From Mustelus asterias (Eukaryota): 64,000 bases of DNA. The notes under the pieces are model-generated. The model was not told where the DNA came from and made no database searches. It worked only from the letters and a program-made list of their open reading frames with translations. Positions 40,093 through 51,787 of the stretch are shown in pieces (the stretch's first letter is position 1; each line of letters opens with the position of its first letter). Both the position numbers and the translations under genes were made by a program. The stretch lies in NCBI RefSeq assembly GCF_964213995.1, contig NW_027590347.1, positions 124,001 to 188,000 on the forward strand. The letters are read 5' to 3'.

Positions 40093-42387
40093 TTGGATTT
40101 GGGATGTGATTGTGGGTTTTCCTGCTATATCTCTTTCTCTTCAATCTTTCTCCCGTGATTGTGAGTTATCAGGGAGGGAGAGAGAGAGAGAGAGAGAAAG
40201 GGATGGTAACAGAGAGAGAGAGAGAGAGGGCAAAGGCAGAGGGGCAGGGAGAGGAGAGAGATTGGAGGGGAGTGGGTTAGCTGGGGGGGGGGGGGGGGGG
40301 GAGCCTCCGCTGTGCACTCACAGCCCACCCAGCTCCCCAGTCTCTGGTTCGGTGCATTAACCCACTCTGGTGCATTAACAGGCACCAGAGTGTGGCGACT
40401 AGGAGAATTTCACAGTAACTTCATTGCAGTGTTAATGTAAGCCTTACTTGTGACTAAGAAATAAACTTTACTTTATACTTTACTCTGAGATAAAGACCCT
40501 CACTCACAGCCTCCCAGAAGGTGGGATTTAGAAACAGCGACTGTGTAACTGAGGCTGAATCTGTGCTGTTGTGTTTGAAAATATATTTTCCTCATATTTG
40601 ATGTGTTGTAAAGATATTGGAATCTGGCTGCTGCCACATTGCAGTGAGAGAGAGATCTGGCTTTGCAGGAGGAGCTTCCCTCCCCATTTCCCCATGGAAA
40701 TCACTGAGAAATAGCAAACGTGGCCCACAACACGTCATTATTTGAAACGGTCAGACAGAAACTTATCAGAGAGAGCATTTTAATCCCCATTCATCCCCAG
40801 ACGGAGAAACAGAGCAGAGATCAGGACAGATTATCCAGAGTAGGAGAGACCGGGGCAGAGATGGGGTTTGGATATATATAGATCTGGGGGGAAAGCAAAA
40901 GAGACACAGAGGGGGCTGGACAGGTTCAGAGATAGAGGCAGAGAAAGAGAGAAACAGCGAGAGACAGAGGGAATGGGAGAAGGGTGTGACTCTGCTCGAA
41001 GTGGAAGGTTCCCTGTTCAGATCGAATGTACTAACAGCACCAATGCTGGAGTGACTTATTATTTTCATTTGCGGTGGGGGAGAGATGGAGGGGAAAGAGA
41101 GGGAGACGTGTGGTTCCCTCATTTCCCACTCACTTCACCCCAATCCTCACTTCAAAATCACTTTGTATCTGGCCCTGTTCAAGCTGTGTGTGTGTGGGAT
41201 CTTGCTGTGCACTCATGCTCCGTCCCCCTGCCCCATATTCCTCACACTATGACAGAGCCCCATGCTTTAAACATAAAAAGATGGAGGGGAAGGAGGGTGG
41301 GGTAGAGAGAGAGAGAAACAGGGTGAACAGAGAAGGGGTGGGGAGTGTTGGGTGCTCAGTGGAGGGGGGTAGGGGGATAGAGACAGAGGCTCTGGGGGGG
41401 GGGGGAGGTGTCCTCCTGCAGTGTGGGACTCCCTGTGGGATCCTGATTGCAGCATTCCCAGTCTCTCTCCCTCTCACTGTGAAGCACTCGGGAGGGAGAG
41501 GGAGCTGAAATTCAAATTCCTGAGCCTGGGGGGAAAGGCTTGTTCTCAATCCCAGAGTCCTGCTTGTGTTTTTAGACAGGGCGCTGGGATTTGTGGGTGT
41601 GGATGGAGAAGATTGTTCTGTTTAACTGGGGGGTGGGAGAGAGGGGGGTTTGTTCTTTCTACCGGAGGAATAATGCAGCCTCTGTGACTAGGCCTCACTT
41701 CACGGCCTAAATCTCAGCAGCACTTTTGCATTCGCTTAATTCCCCAACAGGGTTTAAGTGGCTGAATTCAATGGTTCAATAAAATGTGAAGCAGCCGCTT
41801 CAGGGTGGGATTGTGGATTTTCCAGCTCCCGCCCCCTTCTCATTTCCCTTTTGATTGTGAGTTTTATTTTAAACGGTCAGACAGAAACTTAGAGAGAGCA
41901 TTTCAATCCAGATTCGCCTCGAGATAGAGAAACAGAGCAGAGATCAGGACAGGTTATCCAGAGACAGGAGCAGAGACGGGGTATTGGACAGATAGAGATC
42001 TGGGGGGAAGTGTGTAAGAGACGGAGAGGGAGAAACAGAGTGAGGGGAGAGAGGTGACTGATAGAAGTGGGAACTTCATTGGGGCCTCCTGTGTTTTTTC
42101 ACTGGCCTGTCTCTGGAGTAAAGCCCCCAGAATGCTTTGATGTGTTTAATAAATTCAATATCGGGACAGTCAGGAGGCAGTTGGAAGTTCATTGCATTTG
42201 AAACGTGTTCCCATTTTGTCAGGGTTTAATAATGAGGAGGTGAAAATGAATGTTTCCCCCACCTCCCCCAGTGAGATTGTGAATTTCAGCAAGTCCTGGG
42301 ATCTTGCTGTGCCTTTTATTGTTTATAATCAGCTTTTGTTTTGTGTTTAATCAAATTTCACTTTATTTTCTCTTTCTCTCTTCCAAG

Positions 42388-42556
42388 GAGAATTCCTTTG
42401 GAAACTTTGGCGATGCAGAGAGCGAATAGTTTTGCCGTGAGGAATCCTCGGACAAGAGCTATAACCAGAGAGAAAAATATTAATAAAAGTCCCCGTGTCT
42501 TGGTCGTTCATTTTTATTCACAGATAGACTGGTGGGGCTTTTACACGGAGGGTTAG
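42388..42556 (+). CDS. Putative divergent exon F (RIPLETLAMQRANSFAVRNPRTRAITREKNINKSPRVLVVHFYSQIDWWGFYTEG)
   Basis: Pyrimidine tract + AAG acceptor, phase 2; RNPRTRA (GGAATCCTCGGACAAG) resembles RNPWTRG; ends at a GTTAGT donor or the TAG stop. Confidence 0.35.
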
Positions 42557-43721
42557 TGGTCTGTGTGTCAGGGGGAGGGGGTATTCCCAGTGATCCCTGC
42601 TCCAATGTAATCCCAGATTTCAATCCCTCTCCCTGAAGCTCTGTCTGTGCAACTCCCCCATCCTCAGAACTGTTTCTCCACATCTTTCCAATCCCTGTCT
42701 CTCCCCATCCTTTATACCTCAGCCTCTCAAAATGGCAGCATCTTTCTCCCTTTTCTCTCATTCTCTCTATCTTTCACTCTCTCTCTGAAACTTTGTCACT
42801 GTCTTGCCAAAGCCCCACTTTCTATTTATCTCGACATCTCACTTTGTATCTCAGCCTCTCTGCACATCTCTCTCTCCCTCTCTGTGGATCATTTTATCTC
42901 AATCACAGCAGCCTCCTCTCCATCTCTCTCTCGCTCTATCTATCTCTGCTCCCTCTCTGACTCATTCTGTCTGAAGTACAGCAGCATTCTCTCTATCTCC
43001 ATCTTTTCACAGTAACTTCATTGCAGTGTTAATGTAAGCCTACTTGTGACGAATAAAATTTGAACTTTAACTCTGCTTCTCTGTCTTATCTCTCTAGCTA
43101 TCTGCTTGACTCTCTCTATCTCTCTCTGCTTCCCCCTCTCTCTATCTCTGCCTCCCCCTGACTCAGTCTGTTTGAATTAAAGTAGCATCCTCTGTCTCTA
43201 TATCTCTATCTGTTCTCTGCTTCCCTCTCTCTGTGAATCATTGTCTGAATCACAGCAGATTCCTCACTAACTCCATCTCTATATCTCTGTCTCTTATCTC
43301 TGCTCCCTCCCTTCTCTGTGAATCAATGTCTGAATTACAGTCGCATCCTATCTCCATCTCTATATCTCTCTGCCTCTTATCTCTCTCTGTATCTGATCTC
43401 TGCTTCCCTCTCTCTGTGAATCATTCTGTCTGAATTACAGTAGCATTCTCTCTAACTCCATCTCTATATCTCTCTGCTTCTCTGCCTCTTATCTCCCTCT
43501 CTGCTCTCTCGTGGGGGACGGGCCAGATCACGGGTTTGCTGTTCACAAGCAGCAAAGGCCCAGGAACGCAGAGGGAGGGAATCGGGGGCAATTCAGAGGG
43601 ATTCAGCACTGCTGAAAGGGGGGAGTGTGTAATACAGGGGCTTGTTCAGAGCCAGGGGCTATTAGACAGAGAGGGAAGGGGCTGGTGGGGGAGGCTGTTG
43701 TACAAGAGGGGGGAATATTAT

Positions 43722-43870
43722 AATGTGGAGATGCCGGCGTTGGACTGGGGTAAACACAGTAAGAGGTTTAACAACACCAGGTTAAAGTCCAACAGGTTTA
43801 TTTGGTAGCAAAAGCCACACAAGCTTTCGAGGCTCTGAGCCCCTTCTTCAGGTGAGTGGGAATTCTGTTC
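43722..43870 (-). mobile_element. Penelope-like element pLTR fragment with hammerhead core
   Basis: Near-identical to the arm of the 45468-46037 element; minus strand reads CACCTGAAGAAGGGGCTCAGAGCCTCGAAAGCTTGTG. Confidence 0.75.
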
Positions 43871-44177
43871 AGAATTTCATTCAAATACTTCTGATGTTTA
43901 AGCAAAATGGTTTGCTGCTCCTGTTTGGTCTTTGAACTTTTCATAACCCTGGAGTTTCTCCTGATCTCATTCAGATTGAGTTTTATTTAATTTCTTTCCA
44001 GCGATGTCAAAACGTATTCATTCTGGACTTTCATTTTGTTTTCTAATATTGAGTCTATCTCTTCACTCACAAACTACTCATTCGAATCATTTGAGGGGGT
44101 TTAAATAATGTTTTTTTAAATAATTTGTCAACTTCCCTGAACTCTGCCGTTGTTATACCTTGTTCTGTCTCAGCAAT

Positions 44178-44510
44178 GGGCGGCACGGTAGCACAGTGGT
44201 TAGCACTGCTGCTTCACAGCTCCTGGGTTCGATTCCCGGCTCGGGTCACTGTCTGTGTGGAGTTTGCACATTCTCCTCGTGTCTGCGTGGGTTTCCTCCG
44301 GGTGCTCCGGTTTCCTCCCACAGTCCAAAGATGTGCGGGTTAGGTTGATTGGCCGGGTTAAAAATTGCCCCTTAGAGTCCTGAGATGCGTAGGTTAGTGG
44401 GATTAGCGGGTAAATATGTGGGGGTAGGGCCTGGGTGGGATTGTGGTCGGTGCAGACTCGATGGGCCGAATGGCCTCCTTCTGCACTGTAGGGTTTCTAT
44501 GATTTCTATG
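44178..44510 (+). mobile_element. Full-length HE1-like SINE
   Basis: GGGCGGCACGGTAGCACAGTGGTTAGCACTGCTG head, core GTGGGTTTCCTCCGGGTGCTCCGGTTTCCTCCCACA, (TTCTATGAT)n tail. Confidence 0.9.
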
Positions 44511-44689
44511 AAGCCCCTTAAATTAAAATGAGCAGCTACTCAGTGTTAATTGTCATTAACCCTTGGAGCTCTTATTTCCTCTGGGGTGGACTTTTACCTT
44601 GATGTTTCGGGCACTTTTCCTGCCTCTGCACTGTCCATTACCAGGGTGGATACATCAATATCTTTACTCACTTCAGTTTGACTCGATTT

Positions 44690-45075
44690 ATTCTTATCAC
44701 ATTAATATACAGTGAAAAGTATTGTTTCTTGTGCACTATACAGACAAGGCATACCATTCATAGAGAAGGAAAGGAGAGAGTGCAGAATATAGTGTGACAG
44801 TCATAGCGAGAGTGTAGAGAAAGATCAACTTAGTGTGAGGCAGATCCATTCAAAAGTCTGATGGCAGCAGGGAAGAAGCTGTTTTTGAGTCGGTTGGTAC
44901 ATAACCTCAGACCTTTGTGTATTTTTCCGACAGAAGAAGGTAGAAGAGAGAATGTCCAGGTGCGTGGGGTCCTTAATTATGCTGGCTGCTTTTCCGGGGC
45001 AGCGGGAAGTGTAGACAGTCAATGGATGGGAGGCTGGTTTGCGTGATGGGCTGGGCTTCATTCACAACCCTTTGT
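44690..45075 (-). mobile_element. Rex1/Babar-like LINE 3' fragment
   Basis: ORF VYTSRCPGKAASIIKDPTH; homologous to 47370-47780. Confidence 0.7.
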
Positions 45076-45467
45076 ATAGTCCCCACCAGTCACACACGAC
45101 ACACACACAGTCCAGAAGAGACACACGTGTGGAAGGTGATGCTGTCGGAGGCAGAGGTGCCTCGAGCTATCCGTGCAGCAACGCAGGTCCAGTGCGCTGA
45201 AGGCTGTCCTCCTCGGCAGCAATGACCTGCCACCGGTCTGCGCCTTCACAAGACTCTGGACACAATGGGTAAAGAGAGATAGAGAGTGAGAGATGGATTG
45301 ATATATATACATGGTGAGAGAGAGAGAGAGATTGCCCCAATACAAACATCGCTCCCCAACCTCTCTATCCCCCCTCCCCAGCAACTACCTGAAGCTAAAT
45401 TAATGTCACAACATCACTGCCATCTTTTACCCAAAACTTAGCTTCAGATCCTGTCCCTCTATATTTA

Positions 45468-46037
45468 CAGTAAGAAGTTTAACAACACCAGGTTAAAGTC
45501 CAACAGGTTTATTTGGTAGCAAAAGCCACACAAGCTTTCGAGGCTCTGAGCCCCTTCTTCAGGTGAGTGGGAATTCTGTTCACAAACAGAACTTATAAGA
45601 CACAGACTCAATTTACATGAATAATGGTTGGAATGCGAATACTTACAACTAATCCAGTCTTTAAGAAACAAAACAATGGGAGTGGAGAGAGCATCAAGAC
45701 AGGCTAAAAAGATGTGTATTGTCTCCAGCTGTCTTGTCTGGAGACAATACACATCTTTTTAGCCTGTCTTGATGCTCTCTCCACTCCCATTGTTTTGTTT
45801 CTTAAAGACTGGATTAGTTGTAAGTATTCGCATTCCAACCATTATTCATGTAAATTGAGTCTGTGTCTTATAAGTTCTGTTTGTGAACAGAATTCCCACT
45901 CACCTGAAGAAGGGGCTCAGAGCCTCGAAAGCTTGTGTGGCTTTTGCTACCAAATAAACCTGTTGGACTTTAACCTGGTGTTGTTAAACTTCTTACTGTG
46001 TTTACCCCAGTCCAACGCCGGCATCTCCACATCATGA
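45468..46037. mobile_element. Penelope-like element, palindromic (inverted pLTR) insertion with 12-bp TSD
   Basis: About 260-bp inverted repeat (45467-45728 vs 45738-45999) with a 9-nt loop; direct repeat CCTCTATATTTA at 45456-45467 and 46038-46049; hammerhead cores in both arms. Confidence 0.8.
45901..45937 (+). ncRNA. Minimal hammerhead ribozyme motif of Penelope type (mirror copies on the minus strand at about 45530-45566 and 43818-43854)
   Basis: CAC-CTGAAGA-stem II (GGGGCT/AGCCTC)-GAAA-GCTT-GTG; palindromic AAGCTT helix III. Confidence 0.6.
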
Positions 46038-46269
46038 CCTCTATATTTAACCAGCCCGTCTCTGACATCTCCTCCAGTCACACAACCCTGTGAGATGTCT
46101 GCACCGCTCTAATTGTGGCATCGTGAGCGTTCCACATGCAACATGACTTGCATCGATAAACTCTCATCTCCAACATTTCAATTGAAGTTTCAAAGCTCAA
46201 TGGCTTTGAAGCCGAATGGTCCAGATTGCCATGGCCTTCAATGTGAACAAGTTGTTTGTGATGTCACTA

Positions 46270-46750
46270 CAGAGGTTGCCTAGGAAACAATGACTGAACA
46301 CAGGGGGTGAATGTGAGAAGCTGAAGTTTCCACTTGAAGACATTCCCAGTGTCTCTGAGCAGCTGAACTGGGGAAGCCTTTGGGCAGAGACTGTGCTGCT
46401 GCTATTGCCCTTCCTGGCCACCAGGCGTCGCGGTAACGCTCCCGGGGGGGGGCTGCTCCTCCCCAGTGTCACCTCTTGCCCACTCCGGCCCGGCCCCATG
46501 CTCGTTGGCGGGACAACAGGGGGACTTGTCGAGGGGGCGGGGCGGCCTGTGCGCATGTGCGGGACGGGAATGCTCCCAGAAGTCAGCGCGCGCGGACGCC
46601 GCCGCATTGATGCCGTCTCCCCTGGCAACGCAAGATGGTCGCCGCCGCCGTCTCCCTTGGCAATGGAATATGGCCGCTGGCCGTCTCCCTTGGCAACGCA
46701 AGATGGCCGCCGGCGGTGGGTGTCATTGCGGCGCACGCGCAGTGAGTTCT
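46270..46750. promoter_or_regulatory. CpG-island promoter with GC box, NRF1-like, RFX X-box and YY1 motifs
   Basis: High CpG density 46420-46745; GGGGGCGGGGC at about 46533; GCGCATGTGC at about 46551; GTTGCCTAGGAAAC at 46275-46288; three GTCTCCC(C/T)TGGCAA units each followed by AAGATGG/ATATGG; donor GTGAGT at 46742. Confidence 0.75.
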
Positions 46751-46850
46751 GTCTGCAGCCATTGTCCAGGTTGCCCCCAGTGGATGGGGTTGGGATTGTG
46801 CAGCAGATGGAGCAACAATCCCAGTTTCAATAGGGGGACAGAAGCTGCAA

Positions 46851-46868
46851 TGCTGCCCCCTGGTGGTC
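46851..46868 (-). promoter_or_regulatory. CTCF consensus site
   Basis: Minus strand GACCACCAGGGGGCAGCA. Confidence 0.65.
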
Positions 46869-46942
46869 ACTTCTCCCAGTCTCAGCATTGCAGAGTGTTT
46901 AAACAAGAGTGCATTGTCACAGCAGCACCTTGACCTTCAGTT

Positions 46943-47150
46943 TCAGTTTATTTATTAGTGTCAGAAGTAGGCTTACATTAACACTACAATGAAGTTACTG
47001 TGAGAATCCCCTAGTCGCCCACACTCCGGCGCCTGTTCGGGTTACACTGAGGGGGAATTTAGCACGGCCAATGCACCCTAACCAGCACATCTTTCAGACT
47101 GTGGGAGGAAACCGGAGCACCCGGAGGAAACCCACGCAGACACGGGGAGG
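46943..47150 (-). mobile_element. HE1-like SINE, 5'-truncated
   Basis: Same tail and core as 30148-30435. Confidence 0.85.
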
Positions 47151-47369
47151 GGACAGCCCGGGGGAAAGCTCCATTCCAACTGTCCCTGGAGTGTCAGATT
47201 AACCTGGGTCACTCACGCCCCCCCCCGGCTAAGACTCACCTCCCTCAGACAGTGAGACCCTCCTGTATCACTCACCTTACTGTAGTCAGATACCCTCAGA
47301 CTCAGCACTGGGCCCTGGGCGTGTTCTTTAAATGCTGCGACCTATCGTGGAGGAAAGAATTGGGAGGAT

Positions 47370-48005
47370 TTTGATTTGATTTGATTTATTACTGTCGCGT
47401 GTATTGGGATACAGTGAAAAGTATTGTTTCTTGTATGCTGTACAGACAAAACATACCGTTCATAGAGTACATCGGGGAGAAGTAAAAGAGAGGGTGCAGA
47501 ATGTAGTGTTGCAGTCATAGGGAGGGTGTAGAGAAAGATAAATCTAATATGTAGCAGGTCCATTCAAAAGTCTGAGGGCAGCAGGGAAGTTCTTGAGTCG
47601 GTTGGTACGTGATCTCAGACTTTGTATCTTTTTCCTGACGGAAGAAGGTGGAAGAGAGAATGTGTGCATCAGGTCCTTAATTATGCTGGCTGCTTTTCTA
47701 AGGCCGCGGGAAGTGTAGACAGAGTCAATGAATGGGAGGCTAGTCTGCGTGATGGACGGGGCTACATTCACGACCTTTTGTAATTTCTTGCAGTCTTGGA
47801 CAGAGCAGAAACCATACCAAGCCGAGATACAGAAAGGATGCTTTCTATGGTGCATCTGTAGAAGTTGGTGAGAGTCGTAGCTGACATGCCACATTTCCTT
47901 AGCCTCCTGAGAAAGTAGACGTGTTGGTGGGCTTTCTCAATTATAGTGTCGGCATGGGGGGACCAGGACAGGTTGTTGGTGATCTGGACACCTAGAAACT
48001 TGAAG
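47370..48005 (-). mobile_element. Rex1/Babar-like LINE RT C-terminal fragment and 3' UTR
   Basis: FKFLGVQITNNLSWSPHADTIIEKAHQHVYFLRRLRK...LTNFYRCTIESILS; frameshifted; (AAATC)n tail. Confidence 0.8.
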
Positions 48006-48039
48006 TTGAGACCCAAATGACAAGTTGTCATAGTGTCGT

Positions 48040-48365
48040 AGATGTTTACAGCATGGAAACAGGCCCTTTGGCCCAACTTGTCATGCTGCCCTTTTTCTTT
48101 TAACCCCTAAGCTGGTCCCAATTCCCCACATTTGGCCCATATCCCTCTACATCTATCTTACCCATGTAACTGTCTAAATGCTTTTTAAAAGATAAAATTG
48201 TGTCCGTCTCTACTACTACCTCTGGCAGCTTGTTCCAGACGCTCATCGCTCTCTGTGTGAAAAGATTGCCCCTCTGGACACTTTTGTATCTCTCCCCTCT
48301 CACCTTAAACCCATGCCCTCGAGTTTTAGACTCCCCTACCTTTGGGAAAAGATATTGACTATCTA
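48040..48365 (-). mobile_element. CR1 LINE 3' fragment
   Basis: ORF RGERYKSVQRGNLFTQRAMSVWNKLPEVVVE. Confidence 0.85.
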
Positions 48366-49039
48366 TTGTGTGTCAACCATAGAATAGCCACAGAATGAAG
48401 GAGGCCATTCAGCCCATTCAGCTGGTGTCGACTCTCTGCTAGAGCAATCGAGCCAGTCCCACTGCTCCACCTTGTCCCTGGAACCCTGCAAATCTTTTCC
48501 CATCAGCTTGCCATCCCATTTCCCCCGGAAAGACAGCGAGGAGCAGAGAGGAAAGAGGAACTTGGGGAATGGAAGGTTTCATCTGATGTTCTTGTTGGCA
48601 GATGCTCTGTGGCGGATAAAGCTGGCAGCCTCCTCCAGAAAGCAGCACAGAGTGAATGGAAGGGGCAGAATGTGAGTGAGATGAGACACGAGAGAGAGAG
48701 TGAGAGGGGTGAAAGCTTTATGTTTGTCAGCAAAAAGCACAATGGTGGCCCTGTGTCCTTCAGGGAGCAGCCCAGGCCTCGCTCAAAGCCTGCCCTGTCC
48801 TCACACTCACTGGGAGACGGCCATTTCTAACATGTTGTCCATGTTTCTGAGCTGACACTGAGACAAACACAACAACAGCAGCCACTATCCGGACAAGTCC
48901 TCACGGAGAATGAAATGTCCAAAGCCACTTCAAAGGAAGATTGCGCGGCAGGATTTGTCCTCGAGCTGCGGAGGGAGAGATTTGGATGGATGACCAGAAG
49001 CTGGGTCATTGAAGTTGTGTTTTAGCAATGGAGGTCTAG

Positions 49040-49977
49040 AGAACAGAAAAGGCCCTTCGGCCCATTGCATCTGTGCTGGTCAAAGACAAATCACCCAACT
49101 TGGCTCACGGCCTGGTAAGCCTTGGCATTGCAAATGCATAGCTAAGCACTTCTTAAACGTTCTGAGGGTCTCTGCCTCCACCACCCTTTCAGGCAGAGAG
49201 TTCCAGACTCCCACCACCCTCTGGGTGAAAAAGGTTTTCCTCACATCCCCTGTAAACCTCCTGCCCCTTACCCTAAATCTATACTCCCTGGTCATTGATC
49301 CCACCACCAAGGGGAAAGCTTTCTTCCCGTCTACTCTATCGATGTCCCTCATAATCTTATCCATCTCCATCATGTTCCCCCTCAGCCTCCTCTGCTCCAC
49401 AGAAAACAACCCCAGGGTGGAATCTTATCACCGTTCAGGCCGGCAGGATTTTTCCATCCCACTGCAGTGAAAGGAGATTTGGCTGGTCACCAGATTCTCC
49501 GACCTCGCTGAGCGGGAGTGTGGCGTCAACAGGTGGTAAGATCACACCCTCAGTCTATAAAATCTCTCTTCAGTTCGAGTGGCGGCACGGTAGCACAGTG
49601 GTTAGCACTGCTGCCTCACAGCGCCAGGGACCCGGGTTCAATTCCGGCCTCGGATTACTGTCTGTGTGGAGTTTGCACATTCTCCCCGTGTCTGCGTGGG
49701 TTTCCTCCGGGTGCATTGTCCATGCAAAATTGCCCTGAGGGTCCCACGATGTATAGGTTAGGGGGATTAGCGGGAAAATACGTGGGGCTACGGGGTAAGC
49801 CTGGGTAAGTGTCCGTGCAGATTTGAAGGGTCGAATGGCCTCATTCTGGACTGTAGGGATTCTATGATTCTATGAACTAAAACTCTCCAGGCCAGGCAAC
49901 ATCCTGGTGAATCTCCTCTGCACCTTTTCCAGTGCTATCACATCCCTCCTATCCTGTGCATTCCACAACTGCACAAT
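49040..49977 (-). mobile_element. CR1 fragment (49040-49415 and 49880-49977) interrupted by an HE1-like SINE (+, about 49579-49875)
   Basis: ORF FSVEQRRLRGNMMEMDKIMR...FFTQRVVGVWNSLPERVVEA; SINE head at 49579. Confidence 0.8.
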
Positions 49978-49989
49978 GTTTCGATGAGG

Positions 49990-50285
49990 GGCGGCACAGT
50001 GGTTAACACTGCTGCCTCACAGCGCCAGGGACCCGGGTTTGATTCCTGGCTTGGGTCACTGTCAGTGTGGAGTTTGTACATTCTCCCCGTGTCTGTGTGG
50101 GTTTCCCCCGGGTGCTGCGGTTTCCTCCCACAGTTCGAACGACGCGCTGGTTAGGTGTATCAGCCATGCTAAATTCTCCCCAAGTTGCCCAAACAGGCGC
50201 CAGAGCATGGCGACTACGGATTTTCCACAGTAACTTCATTGCAGTGTTAATGTAACCCTACTTGTGACACTAATAAATAAACTTT
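49990..50285 (+). mobile_element. HE1-like SINE
   Basis: tRNA head, core and CAGTAACTTCATTGCAGTG tail. Confidence 0.85.
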
Positions 50286-51475
50286 TAAACCTGATACTCG
50301 ATTCCCCCATGTTGGCCTTGTTCTGTGATCATTAATGCGGATGTTTAGATTATTCAATAAGGACAGCAGACACAGGGAAAAAAAAACATGTGGCTCTGTA
50401 CACAACAGATATATTTCAAGGGGATATTGCAGCCAGCTGTATCTGAGTGGCAGTAATCTTCCCTCAGAATTAGACAGATTGTGGGTTCAGCTCAGAGCCT
50501 CAAATACTAGGCCCTTAGCATCGATCAGAGACTCCGCGCACAGCATGATGGGAGAGCGGACAAAGGAAAGTGGTGTTGAATTTGTGAGCCTTGTTTTGTG
50601 GAAAGCTTTAGTGTTTGGTCAGAATGTTAATTTTTGAGTGGATCTACCATATATTAAGCTGATCTTTCTCTATACCCTATCGGTAACTGCAACACTGTAT
50701 TCTGCACCCTCTCCTCCTGACAGTTTTGTTTTAAACTCTTTATCAATGTCCTTCCAGGTTTAGTGTGAAGGTTTGTGTTCCACACTGAGCCCCTCTCAGT
50801 CTCCACACGGAGCTTGTGTGTGTTGCTGATGCTCCTGTCATTTTGGATGGATACTGTGTGAAGCTGCATTCTCTCCCAGTGAGTTTCTGATCTACTTCAC
50901 TCTCTCTGCGGCTGGAGCAGTGTCCAGCAGGCAGCAGAGGATGGCAGTGTATCACAGTCAGCACAATATAGACAAACAGCCTTTAGCAAGAGAGGCTTTG
51001 ACCCGTTTTCAAACCAAATCCCCAATTTGATGTTTCCAGCTGCGCTGTTTACAATGCTGCTGAATATTGTGTGTCTTTGGTAAACTGGGATGTGTAGCAG
51101 TCACATTAAGTGGTCAATAAATACGTCCACACTGTGTATATCTTTCTGTGTGTGTGTGTGTCAGCGTGCATGTGTGTCAATGTATTTAAATCTCAAAGGA
51201 AAATAGGAGCAGGTGTAGGCCATTTGGCCCATCGATCCTGCGCCAGCATTCAAACGGATCATGGTGCACGTACGCACACAAAAGACGCACACCAACACAC
51301 ACAAAACACGCACACACACAAAGCACGCACACACACAAAGCACGCACACACACAAAGCACGCACACACAAAGCACACACACAAATCACGCGCAAAAAGCA
51401 CACACACAAATCACACACACAAACACAATAAACACACACACACAAACACACAGAAACACACACATCAAACACACA

Positions 51476-51787
51476 GTTAGCACTGCTGCCTCACAGTGCC
51501 AGGGACTCGGGTTCGGTTCCCGGCTTGGGTCACTGTCTGTGCGGAGTTTGCACGTTCTCCCCGTGTCTGCGTGGGTTTCCTCCGGGTGCTCCGGTTTCCT
51601 CCCACAGTCTGAAAGACGTTCTGGTTAGGGTGCATTGGCCGTGCTAAATTGTCCCTCCGCGTCAGGGAGACTAGCTCGGGTAAATGCATGGGGTAATGGG
51701 GATAGGGCCTGGGTGGGATTGTGGTCGGTGCAGACTCAATGGGCCAAATGGCCTCCTTCTGCACTGTAGGAGTCTAGGATTCTATGA
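51476..51787 (+). mobile_element. HE1-like SINE flanked by CA-rich microsatellites
   Basis: Head GTTAGCACTGCTGCCTCACAG, core, GATTCTATGA tail. Confidence 0.85.

Noticed and set aside
44178-44250. tRNA-like sequences at SINE heads (also 7385, 49579, 49990 and others)
   Set aside because: They continue into SINE core and tail sequences and are not independent tRNA genes.
46197-46933. Overlapping 100-180 aa ORFs
   Set aside because: Stop-poor GC-rich CpG island, with no recognisable domain.
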